Shown here: positions 40,367 through 48,315 of the stretch, piece after piece
Layout: each line of letters opens with the position of its first letter
Position numbering within the stretch: position 1 is the stretch's first letter
Origin: Candidatus Spongiisociaceae bacterium
GTDB taxonomy: Bacteria; Actinomycetota; Acidimicrobiia; Spongiisociales; Spongiisociaceae
Direction: 5' to 3'
Length of the DNA stretch: 64,000 nt
NCBI GenBank assembly: GCA_965219685.1
Contig: CBDCOH010000002.1
Location: 160,001 to 224,000 of the forward strand
Program-made: the position numbers and the translations under genes
Notes under the pieces: generated by a model
Told to the model about the DNA's origin: nothing
Database searches by the model: none
Seen by the model: the letters and a program-made list of their open reading frames with translations, nothing else

Positions 40367-40450
40367 GTATTGATGTGTGGTCAGGCCGGAGAATCGCTAG
40401 CGTCCTCTACGGCCCAGGCAGGCTCACTGAAACGAAACCGAGTCGAACGA

Positions 40451-41413
40451 ATGGCAGCAAGAAAAGAACGCAGCGCCAGTTCCGTACTCCACACCGACCA
40501 CTCTCACGACCACGCCTGGGCCGACCGGCGTAGCCTTGTGGTAGCCCTGTTCCTGATCGCGGCATTCATGGTGGCCGAGGTCGTAGGGGGGATTCTGGCA
40601 GGCAGCCTTGCGTTGCTGTCGGACGCCGGACACATGGTTGCGGACGCGGCGGCGATCGCTCTGGCACTGGTCGCCAGCCACATGGCCCGGCGTCCCTACT
40701 CCGCAGAACGCACCTTCGGGTACCGGCGCGCCGAGGTGCTGGCCGCCATGCTCAATGCCCTCAGCCTGTGGCTGATCGCGGGCTGGGTCTTCGTCGAGGC
40801 GTATGGCCGGCTCCGGGAGGCTCCGGAGGTCGACGGCGGCCTGCTGGTGGCCGTGGGGTTCCTGGGCCTCCTGGTCAACCTGGCCGCGGCCTGGGTTCTC
40901 CGCCGGCCCGCAGAGCGGAACATGAATGTCGAGGGCGCCTTCCGGCATGTGATGGCGGACCTGATGGCGTCGGTGGGCGTGGTGATCTCGGGCGTTGTGA
41001 TCCTCGTGACGGGATGGACAATCGTCGATCCCGCCATGGGCGGGTTGATCGGGTTGCTCGTTCTGGGCAGCGCCTGGCGCTTGACAGTCAAGGTGGTCCA
41101 CGTGCTGATGGAGTCGGTGCCCAAGCACATCGATCTGTACCGGCTCTGCTACCAGCTCGCCGAGTTGCCGGGGGTGACTCTCCTCCACGATGTCCATGTC
41201 TGGACGATCGCGTCGGGCCACGAGTCGCTGACGGCCCACGTGGTGGTCGATCCCGCCTATGACGGCAAGGTGGACACGCTGATCCGCCGGATCCAGCGCG
41301 TCGCGCGGGAAGAATTCGGAATCAGCCACATCACCATACAGGTCGAGGAGTCACCGGAAGGGTGCTCCGAACTCCACCAGTTCGACCACCTTCGCGTTTC
41401 CGGGCGGGGGTAG
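40451..41413 (+). CDS. czcD: Cation diffusion facilitator (Zn/Co/Cd exporter, CzcD/ZitB-like)
   Basis: His-rich N-terminus (HTDHSHDH), SLALLSDAGHM..D, TFGYRRAEVLAA, N..GAFRHV.AD, HDVHVWTI and H.TIQVE. Confidence 0.92.
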   Translation: MAARKERSASSVLHTDHSHDHAWADRRSLVVALFLIAAFMVAEVVGGILAGSLALLSDAGHMVADAAAIALALVASHMARRPYSAERTFGYRRAEVLAAMLNALSLWLIAGWVFVEAYGRLREAPEVDGGLLVAVGFLGLLVNLAAAWVLRRPAERNMNVEGAFRHVMADLMASVGVVISGVVILVTGWTIVDPAMGGLIGLLVLGSAWRLTVKVVHVLMESVPKHIDLYRLCYQLAELPGVTLLHDVHVWTIASGHESLTAHVVVDPAYDGKVDTLIRRIQRVAREEFGISHITIQVEESPEGCSELHQFDHLRVSGRG

Positions 41414-41555
41414 TCCCCGACCGGGGTGGTTGCCGATCGGTGGTCCATCGGTGTGAGTGACCGTCCCGATATCGCTCCTGATGGCCCAGGACCGAACATG
41501 ATCCAGGCGACCCGGTCTCCCGGCGGGAGGGGATCCCTGGCGTCAGTCGGGTCGC

Positions 41556-41564
41556 TGGTATAAT
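41556..41564 (+). promoter_or_regulatory. Extended -10 promoter (TGGTATAAT) for a leaderless small ORF
   Basis: Perfect TGnTATAAT located 7 nt upstream of ATG 41572. Confidence 0.65.
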
Positions 41565-41571
41565 CACAGCC

Positions 41572-41751
41572 ATGTTGTTTCGGTCGGTCATCCGGAGGAC
41601 ATTCGCTCCGCTGGCGCCACTGGTCGCCGTTGCCTCGTCCTACCTGGTTCTGGGATCCGACTGGTTCTGGGATCTCTCCTCGACCGTCGGCGACCGGCTG
41701 GGCTGGATGTTGCATGAACTGTTGATCGAGTGGTTCCTGCTCGGCGGCTAG
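41572..41751 (+). CDS. Small hypothetical membrane-associated protein, 59 aa (not in ORF track)
   Basis: MLFRSVIRRTFAPLAPLVAVASSYLVLGSDWFWDLSSTVGDRLGWMLHELLIEWFLLGG*, with leaderless promoter geometry. Confidence 0.55.
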   Translation: MLFRSVIRRTFAPLAPLVAVASSYLVLGSDWFWDLSSTVGDRLGWMLHELLIEWFLLGG

Positions 41752-41800
41752 GTGATTGGTTTCTAGTTTCTAGTCGGTAGTTGGTAGTCGGTGGGGTTGT
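41752..41800. repeat. Degenerate heptamer tandem repeat
   Basis: TTCTAGT TTCTAGT CGGTAGT TGGTAGT CGGTGGG. Confidence 0.6.
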
Positions 41801-41841
41801 CATCGTCTTAGGCGTTTGGTTACCCTTGTGGGTGAATACCC

Positions 41842-41955
41842 TGGTCTGGTGGCTTCGGCCACCCCCGGGGTTAAGTTTTAGCCCGGCTGCCTCCTGAGGC
41901 TGTGTCGCCTCCGCGTCAACACGGGGTCGACCCTCTCTGGTGGTCGCTCAGACCA
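41842..41955. ncRNA. Candidate structured small RNA (~115 nt)
   Basis: Closing stem TGGTCTG/CAGACCA encloses several hairpins (GGTGGC-TTCG-GCCACC, CCGGG…CCCGG). A minus-strand TACTAT -10-like hexamer lies just upstream in an AT-rich tract. Confidence 0.35.
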
Positions 41956-42044
41956 TCAAATAGTAACTTTAACTTAGCTTAGCTATAGATTCTGATAATG
42001 ATGTACGACATTCTGCGCAATGACTGCTTGATCGAGAGGTTGGG

Positions 42045-42869
42045 TCAGCCGAGGATGATCATCGCCAAGGCCACAACGGCGAGGCCGAATCCCATCACCT
42101 GGGTGCGGGTGGCGCGCTCCCCCTCGAAGAGGACCTGGAAGACGAGGGTGAAGCCGTAGGCCATCTGGAAGAAGAGCCCTGCCACGGCCAGGTTCACCTG
42201 GGCTGCGAGGGTGAAGGTTGCCAGACCGATCCCTCCCAGCAATCCGACCAGCCCGGCTCGGAGAATCGTTCCCTCCAGGGGCTTGATCGGATGGCGTTGG
42301 ACCAGGATCACCAGCAGCACCGTGCCGACGGCCACGAAACGTCCCGGCAGCACGGGCCAGATACCTGAGCCATCGCTTGTCAGGCCGAGCAACGTGGCGG
42401 TGAACCCGAACAGGACACCGGAGATCAGGCCGTGCCGCATGGCGATCCGGTCCCAGTCCCCTCCGGGGTTCTTCCGGCCGATCAACCAGATGGCTCCCAC
42501 CCCCACCGCCATTCCCGAACTGACCACCGGCGAAGGTAGGCCGACGATGAAGGCGTCCACCCCTATCGGGATGACCGCCCCGGTCACCGCGGCTACCGGA
42601 CCCACGATCCCGACTCCCCTGGCGGCGTACCCGCGATAGAGATTGATGAGCGCCAAGCTCGCTCCGAGGCCCGAACCGGCCCCGAGGATCAGATCGGTGG
42701 TCGTGGGCGATCCCCCCCATAGGATGGCCATCAGGGCGGTGGTGAGCAGCGTGAAGATGTAGATCCACAGAATCGCGGCCAGGAGGCGGCCTCGCCGGCC
42801 CAGGTTCACTCCCATGTGGTCCGCGTAGCCGATGCTCAGGGGGGAGATGAGGCCTATGAGGACGCTCAA
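42045..42869 (-). CDS. DMT/EamA-family transporter
   Basis: 274 aa, ~10 TM helices; YGxAD-like N-terminus, LYRGYA..GVGIVGPVAA and FEGER..R.Q..G. Confidence 0.8.
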   Translation of the reverse strand: MSVLIGLISPLSIGYADHMGVNLGRRGRLLAAILWIYIFTLLTTALMAILWGGSPTTTDLILGAGSGLGASLALINLYRGYAARGVGIVGPVAAVTGAVIPIGVDAFIVGLPSPVVSSGMAVGVGAIWLIGRKNPGGDWDRIAMRHGLISGVLFGFTATLLGLTSDGSGIWPVLPGRFVAVGTVLLVILVQRHPIKPLEGTILRAGLVGLLGGIGLATFTLAAQVNLAVAGLFFQMAYGFTLVFQVLFEGERATRTQVMGFGLAVVALAMIILG

Positions 42870-42944
42870 GGGTCGAGTTCCTCGAAAAGCGGGTACGGCG
42901 CCCGGTGATGCGGGGTCGCGATGCTCATGGCGACCCTGCGCTTG

Positions 42945-44129
42945 TTACTCGAAGGCGGCGAGGCCGGTCAGGGCCTGGCCGAGGATCAAGGTGTGGATCT
43001 CGTTGGTTCCTTCGTAGGTGGATACCGATTCCAGGTTGTTCATGTGGCGGATCACCGGGTATTCGAGGGTGATGCCGTTGGCGCCGAGCACGGACCGGGC
43101 TTCGCGGGCCACGTCCAGCGCCGCGCGGACGTTGTCGAACTTGCCGAGCGAGACGTGCCGGGGGTCGGCGAGGCCCCGGTCCTTCATACGGCCGATGTGC
43201 AGGGCCACCAGGAGACCTCGATTGACGGCGACCATCATGTCCACCAGCTTCCGTTGCGTCAGCTGGAACGCGCCGATCGGCTTCCCGAACTGGTGCCGGG
43301 TGGTCGCGTAGTCGAGAGCCGCCTCGTAGCACGAACGAGCTGCCCCGATCGATCCCCAAAGGATCCCGTAGCGCGCCTCGGTCAGGCACGAGAGCGGGCC
43401 CCGCATGGAGGTCACACCCGGCAGCAGGGCGTCGTCCGGGAGACGCACCTCGTCCAGGACCAACTCGGAGGTGTGGGACGCTCGGAGCGAGAGCTTCCGG
43501 GTGATGTCACGGGCCGAGAAACCGGGCGCGTCGGTGGGGACTATGAAGCCGCGTATGCCCGCCTCGCTCCTGGCCCAGATGATCGCCACGTCGGCCACCG
43601 AGCCGTTCGATATCCAGGTCTTGGTTCCGTTGAGGATCCAGTCCGACCCGTCCCGGCGGGCGCTGGTTCGCATCGAGGCGGGATCGGACCCGGAGTCGGG
43701 TTCGGTGAGACCGAAACAGCCCAGCGCGTCGCCGGACGCCATCGCCGGGAGCCAACGTTGTTTCTGCTCCTCCGAGCCGTACGCCCGGATCGGGAACATG
43801 GCGAGCGAACCCTGTACCGACACCATGCTGCGAAGGCCCGAGTCGCCGGCCTCCAACTCCAGGCAGGTGAGGCCGTAGTCCACCGCTGATGCTCCCGGGC
43901 AGCCGTACCCGTCCAGGTGCATCCCGAGCAGCCCCAGCTTGCCGAGTTCGGTCGCCAGATCGCGAGGGAGTACGCCCTCCTCGAACCAGTCGGCGATATG
44001 GGGGAGGACCCGGTCGGATACCCACTGGCGGACCGTGTCGCGTAGCAGGCGCTCCTCCGGGCTGAGGAGATGGTCGATCGCCAGGAAGTCCTTGGGGTCG
44101 GGCGCGGGAGGCCGGTTGGTAGTTGACAT
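42945..44129 (-). CDS. Acyl-CoA dehydrogenase (glutaryl-CoA dehydrogenase-like)
   Basis: GCFGLTEPDSGSDPASM, LNGTKTWISNG, RHQFGKPIGAFQL, LGANGITLEYPVIRHMNNLESVSTYEGTNEIH. Confidence 0.93.
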   Translation of the reverse strand: MSTTNRPPAPDPKDFLAIDHLLSPEERLLRDTVRQWVSDRVLPHIADWFEEGVLPRDLATELGKLGLLGMHLDGYGCPGASAVDYGLTCLELEAGDSGLRSMVSVQGSLAMFPIRAYGSEEQKQRWLPAMASGDALGCFGLTEPDSGSDPASMRTSARRDGSDWILNGTKTWISNGSVADVAIIWARSEAGIRGFIVPTDAPGFSARDITRKLSLRASHTSELVLDEVRLPDDALLPGVTSMRGPLSCLTEARYGILWGSIGAARSCYEAALDYATTRHQFGKPIGAFQLTQRKLVDMMVAVNRGLLVALHIGRMKDRGLADPRHVSLGKFDNVRAALDVAREARSVLGANGITLEYPVIRHMNNLESVSTYEGTNEIHTLILGQALTGLAAFE

Positions 44130-44369
44130 GTCTCGGTTCTGCCTCGGTTGTTGAACGCCCTGATTCTGGCAGCCCTGGGTCGGGAGGAGTCTATCGGACT
44201 CCGCTCACCACTCACCGACTAAGGCGCTGGGCGTTCCGTACAATCCTCGCACCTCCTCGCGAGGACCTCAGACAAGAGGCACCACCGGTGGCCTACTGCC
44301 GACGTGCAACACCAGACCAAACGTTATCGTACCTAGTCGTTGTCAAGACATGCTACAATCTATGGGCCA

Positions 44370-44657
44370 GTGCTGTACGACGAAGACTTCATCAGGCGCA
44401 TCTCGCAGGCTGCTACACCAGAAGCCCTCGTTCCGGCGTGCCCCGGGGCCTTGGAGCAGGGCAGGCAAATAGCAAATACCTACTTCGACACTTATACGGA
44501 TGAGGACTGGCGCCGCTTACTCGACACCTTACATGCGGATCAGGCAGCTGGGGTGATATCCCATCGGCCGGTGGAAGACCGCCAGCGGCTCCTGATGCTC
44601 ATCCCGCCAGACCGCAGAGCCGAGGTCAGGCAGTTCCTTACGACCGTAGCCGCATAG
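44370..44657 (+). CDS. Small hypothetical protein (possible antitoxin partner)
   Basis: ORF 44340..44657 with probable GTG start at 44370, downstream of TGCTACAAT (44351-44359). Atypical codon usage. Confidence 0.5.
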   Translation: MLYDEDFIRRISQAATPEALVPACPGALEQGRQIANTYFDTYTDEDWRRLLDTLHADQAAGVISHRPVEDRQRLLMLIPPDRRAEVRQFLTTVAA

Positions 44658-44679
44658 ACGTCACCGCGGCCAAGCCCTT

Positions 44680-44946
44680 ATGGTTCACATCGACGAGCCA
44701 GCCTATCGGCACGGTGTCACTCCAGTAGATGTAGCTCTAGTACTTGGCAACCCTATCTGGATAATGAGCATGCCGGACTTGCACGATATCGGCCTGGGAG
44801 AACCAGAGAGACCCAATGTCACGGTCTACGGTGGACTGGCTCTTTCTCGGAAGAGACTCGTGGTGTTCGTTGATAGGTTTGAGGGCGTCGCATTCCACTC
44901 GGAGCCGGGTCTCCCCAAGTACGCAGTGCTATTTGGCGACTCATAG
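44680..44946 (+). CDS. Small hypothetical protein, BrnT/RelE-like toxin candidate
   Basis: 88 aa; 'A.RHGVT..DV..VL.NP … V.GG…..RLVV' resembles BrnT-like RNases (by eye). Confidence 0.5.
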   Translation: MVHIDEPAYRHGVTPVDVALVLGNPIWIMSMPDLHDIGLGEPERPNVTVYGGLALSRKRLVVFVDRFEGVAFHSEPGLPKYAVLFGDS

Positions 44947-45132
44947 GCTCTGATCGTTCCCCTTACTGCTGACTACCGAGTTGAACTATCCGCGCACCGG
45001 GGAACCAAGATTCCCTAGCCGGTCGATGATCGCACCTAGGTGCGATGAATTGGTGGATGGGCAAGGTCGCCCTGGAGCGTGTACCGTGCGCTTCGCGACC
45101 TAACTGATCGAAGCCGGAGTGAGGAGGGGCCG

Positions 45133-46494
45133 ATGACCGAACCGACCAAGATCCTGCTGGACGAGTCGGAGATCCCGACCCACTGGTACAACATCATCCC
45201 GGATCTGCCCGCGCCGCCACCCCCGGTGCTGCACCCGGGGACGCTCGAGCCGGTGGGCCCGGACGACCTGGCGCCGCTGTTCCCGATGGACCTGATCCTG
45301 CAGGAGGTGTCTCCCGAGAGCTACATCGAGATCCCTGAGGAGATCCGCGAGATCTACCGCCTCTGGAGGCCGAGTCCGATGTACCGGGCCCGGCGCCTGG
45401 AGCGGGAGCTGGATACCCCGGCCCGCATCTACTACAAGTACGAGGGGGTCAGCCCGGCGGGATCCCACAAGCCCAACACTGCGGTCGCCCAGGCCTACTA
45501 CAACGCCAAGGCAGGGATCCGCAAGCTGACCACCGAGACCGGCGCCGGCCAGTGGGGGAGCGCCCTGGCGCTGGCATGCCAGATGTTCGGCCTGGAGTGC
45601 GAGGTGTGGCAGGTCGCCGCCTCGTTCGACCAGAAGCCGTACCGGGGTTCGATGATGCGCGCCTGGGGCGCCACCATCCATTCCAGTCCTTCCGAGGTGA
45701 CCAACGCCGGCCGGGCCATCCTGGAGCAGGATCCCGACAGCCCCGGCAGCCTGGGGATCGCCATCTCCGAAGCGGTTGAGGTGGCGGCCACCAACCCCGA
45801 CACCAACTACTCGCTCGGGTCGGTGCTCAACCACGTGCTTCTCCACCAGACCGTGATCGGCCAGGAAGCGGCCGCCCAGCTGGCCAAGGTGGGGGAGACG
45901 CCCGACATCATTATCGGCTGCACCGGGGGCGGTTCCAACTTCTCCGGGCTGTCGTTCCCGTTCATCCGGGAGAAGCTGGCCGGCAACATCAACCCCACCA
46001 TCCGGGCGGTCGAGCCGGCGGCCTGCCCGTCGCTCACCAAGGGCGAGTACCGCTACGACTTCGGCGACACCATCGGGATGACCCCGTTGATCAAGATGCA
46101 CACCCTCGGCCACTCGTTCGTGCCCGACCCGATCCACGCCGGCGGGTTGCGCTACCACGGGATGTCCCCCCTGGTGTCGCACCTCTGCGAGCTCGGTCTG
46201 ATGGAGGCGGTGGCGATCGGCCAGGTGGAATGTTTCGAGGCGGCCATACGGTTCGCCCGCTCGGAAGGGATCATCCCGGCGCCCGAACCCACCCATGCCA
46301 TCGCCGCGGCCATGCGGGAGGCCGCCATGTGCCGAGAGACGGGGGAGGAGAAGGTGGTGCTCATCGCGCTGTGCGGTCACGGCCACTTCGACATGGGCGC
46401 CTACGACACGTTCCTCGCCGGCGAACTGTCGGACTACGAATTCCCGGCCGAGGCCATGGGCGCGGCCCTGGAGAGGGTTCCGGTGGTCGGCTGA
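45133..46494 (+). CDS. trpB2: TrpB-like PLP enzyme (tryptophan synthase beta 2)
   Basis: [49 protein letters not shown] and [19 protein letters not shown] precedes ATG 45133. Confidence 0.95.
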   Translation: MTEPTKILLDESEIPTHWYNIIPDLPAPPPPVLHPGTLEPVGPDDLAPLFPMDLILQEVSPESYIEIPEEIREIYRLWRPSPMYRARRLERELDTPARIYYKYEGVSPAGSHKPNTAVAQAYYNAKAGIRKLTTETGAGQWGSALALACQMFGLECEVWQVAASFDQKPYRGSMMRAWGATIHSSPSEVTNAGRAILEQDPDSPGSLGIAISEAVEVAATNPDTNYSLGSVLNHVLLHQTVIGQEAAAQLAKVGETPDIIIGCTGGGSNFSGLSFPFIREKLAGNINPTIRAVEPAACPSLTKGEYRYDFGDTIGMTPLIKMHTLGHSFVPDPIHAGGLRYHGMSPLVSHLCELGLMEAVAIGQVECFEAAIRFARSEGIIPAPEPTHAIAAAMREAAMCRETGEEKVVLIALCGHGHFDMGAYDTFLAGELSDYEFPAEAMGAALERVPVVG

Positions 46495-46557
46495 CCGGCG
46501 ACACAGGTCCGGTTCCGGCTGTCACCTGACGGGGCCGGACCGGAAATCGGGAATGCG

Positions 46558-47571
46558 TCAGAGAGGAAGGGCGAGCTGCTCGTCCGAGCCGGGCGCGGCC
46601 GACCGGGTCCTCCCCCGGCCGCGCTCCCTCACCGGCCCCCCATGCTTGGCGACGAAGTACCCGACCAGCCCGCCGAGCCGCTTCCGCATGGCCGCCGGGG
46701 CGTAGGACCGACTCCCGTAGAGATTCCGGTAGTGCCTGGTCAGGTAGGGGTACTCCTGCTCCAACCAGCCCAGGAAGTGGTCCTTGAGCGGGTCCCGCAG
46801 GTGCAGGTAGGAGCCGGTGATGAACCTGGCGCCGGCGTCCGCCGCGCCCTTCACCACCGCTTCGACCTGTTCCGGCCGATCCGACAGGCCCGGGATGATC
46901 GGCGCCATCATGACCCCCGAGGGGATCCCCTCGTTGTTCAGGCGCTTCACCGCGTCGAGGCGCTTGCGGGGATGCGGGGTGCCCGGTTCGGAGCGCGTCC
47001 ACACGTCGGGATCGAGCGTTCCGATCGAGAAGTCCACCGTGACGTCGGTCACCCGGGCGGCATCGCTCAGGAGGTTCAGGTCACGGAGGACCAGCGGTGA
47101 TTTGGTCAGGATCGAGAAAGGGTTCCGCCTCTCCGCCAACACCTCGACTATTCCCCTGGTCAGCTTGAACTTTCCTTCGGCCTGCTGGTAGGGGTCGGTG
47201 TTGGTTCCCATCGCGATCGGGTGTCCCGCCCAGCGCCCGGGAGACGTCTCGTGGCGGACCACCTCAGAGGCGTTGATCTTGACGACGATCCTGGTGTCGA
47301 AGTCCGATGCGATGTCGAGCCCGAGGTAGTCGTGGGTGGGCCGGGCGAAGCAATAGGTGCAGGCGTGGCTGCATCCCCGGTAGGCGTTGATGGTGTGCGT
47401 GAAGGGCAGGACGCCCGGATTAGGGACGCGGTTGATGACGCTGCGCGACTCCACCAGCAGGAACTCGAGTCCCCGGTACGCGCCCCGCCCCACCTTGCGC
47501 TCGACTACCGCATCGAACAGAGCCGGCCGCTTGCCCTGGGCATCGGTCGTGATCCATCGTAAGTCGCCCAT
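46558..47571 (-). CDS. Radical SAM protein, Rv2578c/SplB-like (DNA-repair associated)
   Basis: INAYRGCSHACTYCFAR (CxxxCxxC), MGTNTDPYQ, ILTKS and EPGTP.P..RL. Leaderless start at 47571. Confidence 0.9.
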   Translation of the reverse strand: MGDLRWITTDAQGKRPALFDAVVERKVGRGAYRGLEFLLVESRSVINRVPNPGVLPFTHTINAYRGCSHACTYCFARPTHDYLGLDIASDFDTRIVVKINASEVVRHETSPGRWAGHPIAMGTNTDPYQQAEGKFKLTRGIVEVLAERRNPFSILTKSPLVLRDLNLLSDAARVTDVTVDFSIGTLDPDVWTRSEPGTPHPRKRLDAVKRLNNEGIPSGVMMAPIIPGLSDRPEQVEAVVKGAADAGARFITGSYLHLRDPLKDHFLGWLEQEYPYLTRHYRNLYGSRSYAPAAMRKRLGGLVGYFVAKHGGPVRERGRGRTRSAAPGSDEQLALPL

Positions 47572-47577
47572 CAGAGC

Positions 47578-47600
47578 AGTATAGACGAACGTACGTTCGA
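47578..47600 (-). promoter_or_regulatory. LexA (SOS) box adjacent to a leaderless -10 promoter
   Basis: Palindrome CGAAC-GTAC-GTTCG (47586-47599) matches the Gram-positive/actinobacterial SOS box. Minus-strand TATACT (47583-47578) lies 6 nt before the ATG. Confidence 0.85.
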
Positions 47601-47630
47601 TTGCTGGCGACCAGGGGCCGTGCGATGTGC

Positions 47631-47840
47631 CTAGGTGTGGTGGGCCAACGATGCGGGAGGTCGCTCGCCGGATTCCTCCATATCGGCGACGACCTCGTTC
47701 ACGAGCCGGCGAATCCCTGCAGAGGCCTCGTCGCTGGTCGACGCTAGCCAACTGAGCAAAGGAAACTCGCTGCAAAGCCCGACATGCTCTCCGTCTTCCG
47801 GAGACCATATGACGCGGTATGTGTAGTGGTCAGTAGCCAT
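47631..47840 (-). CDS. hicB: HicB-family antitoxin, short form lacking the C-terminal DNA-binding domain
   Basis: HYTYRVIWSPEDGEHVGLCSEFP.LSWLA….A..GIRRLV.EVVADM..SGE.PP; ends after 69 aa. Overlaps the hicA stop. Confidence 0.82.
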   Translation of the reverse strand: MATDHYTYRVIWSPEDGEHVGLCSEFPLLSWLASTSDEASAGIRRLVNEVVADMEESGERPPASLAHHT

Positions 47841-48081
47841 TTTCCTGTAACTTCCTGATTGCCTTGAGAACCTGCCGCACCTGGTAAGGCTTCGCCATAC
47901 CACGTTTGTTCTGGATGTTCACGCGCGGGTGGCCGGGCCATGGAGTTCGATAGACCCGGTGGCTCCCGTCGGTCTGTCGCGGGGTTCCGAAGTACTCGTC
48001 ACAAACTCTAGCGAGATCTGTGAAGTTGACATCCCTTGGGTTCCGGCGGAAGCGCTCCAGCATAGCCTGTGTGTTAGCCAT
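47830..48081 (-). CDS. hicA: HicA-family toxin
   Basis: NPRDVNF.DL..VCD.YFG.PRQ..GSHRVYRTPWPG.PRVNIQ…G.AKPYQVRQVL.AI. Confidence 0.88.
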   Translation of the reverse strand: MANTQAMLERFRRNPRDVNFTDLARVCDEYFGTPRQTDGSHRVYRTPWPGHPRVNIQNKRGMAKPYQVRQVLKAIRKLQENGY

Positions 48082-48315
48082 GACATACTAAGTACATCTT
48101 ACGTGTGGTTGCGTCAAGGGGTCAGTTATGGGTGCCCGGTATCTGCGTCATCTGCAGGGGTGTCTTGATCCGGCTCAGGCGAATGCGGCCGCATCAGTAG
48201 CCCTCAAGAGGGCGTTCCACGATTCCCTGACTCGGCTGCAGTGGGGAATGGGGTATGCGAGACTCCGGATTCCGGGTAACGTCCGGGTGTTGAATCACGC
48301 CGACCTGGACGGTAA

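Noticed and set aside
46558-47808. ORF-track N-terminal extensions of the radical SAM gene (and similarly zwf 49566, adaptor 51833, IS110 57310)
   Set aside because: The extensions overlap neighbouring genes or regulatory sites; better starts with promoter/RBS or stop-start coupling lie downstream.
48180-48315. Hairpins in the leader upstream of pgi
   Set aside because: A few GC-rich stems with no recognisable riboswitch consensus; not distinguishable from chance by eye.
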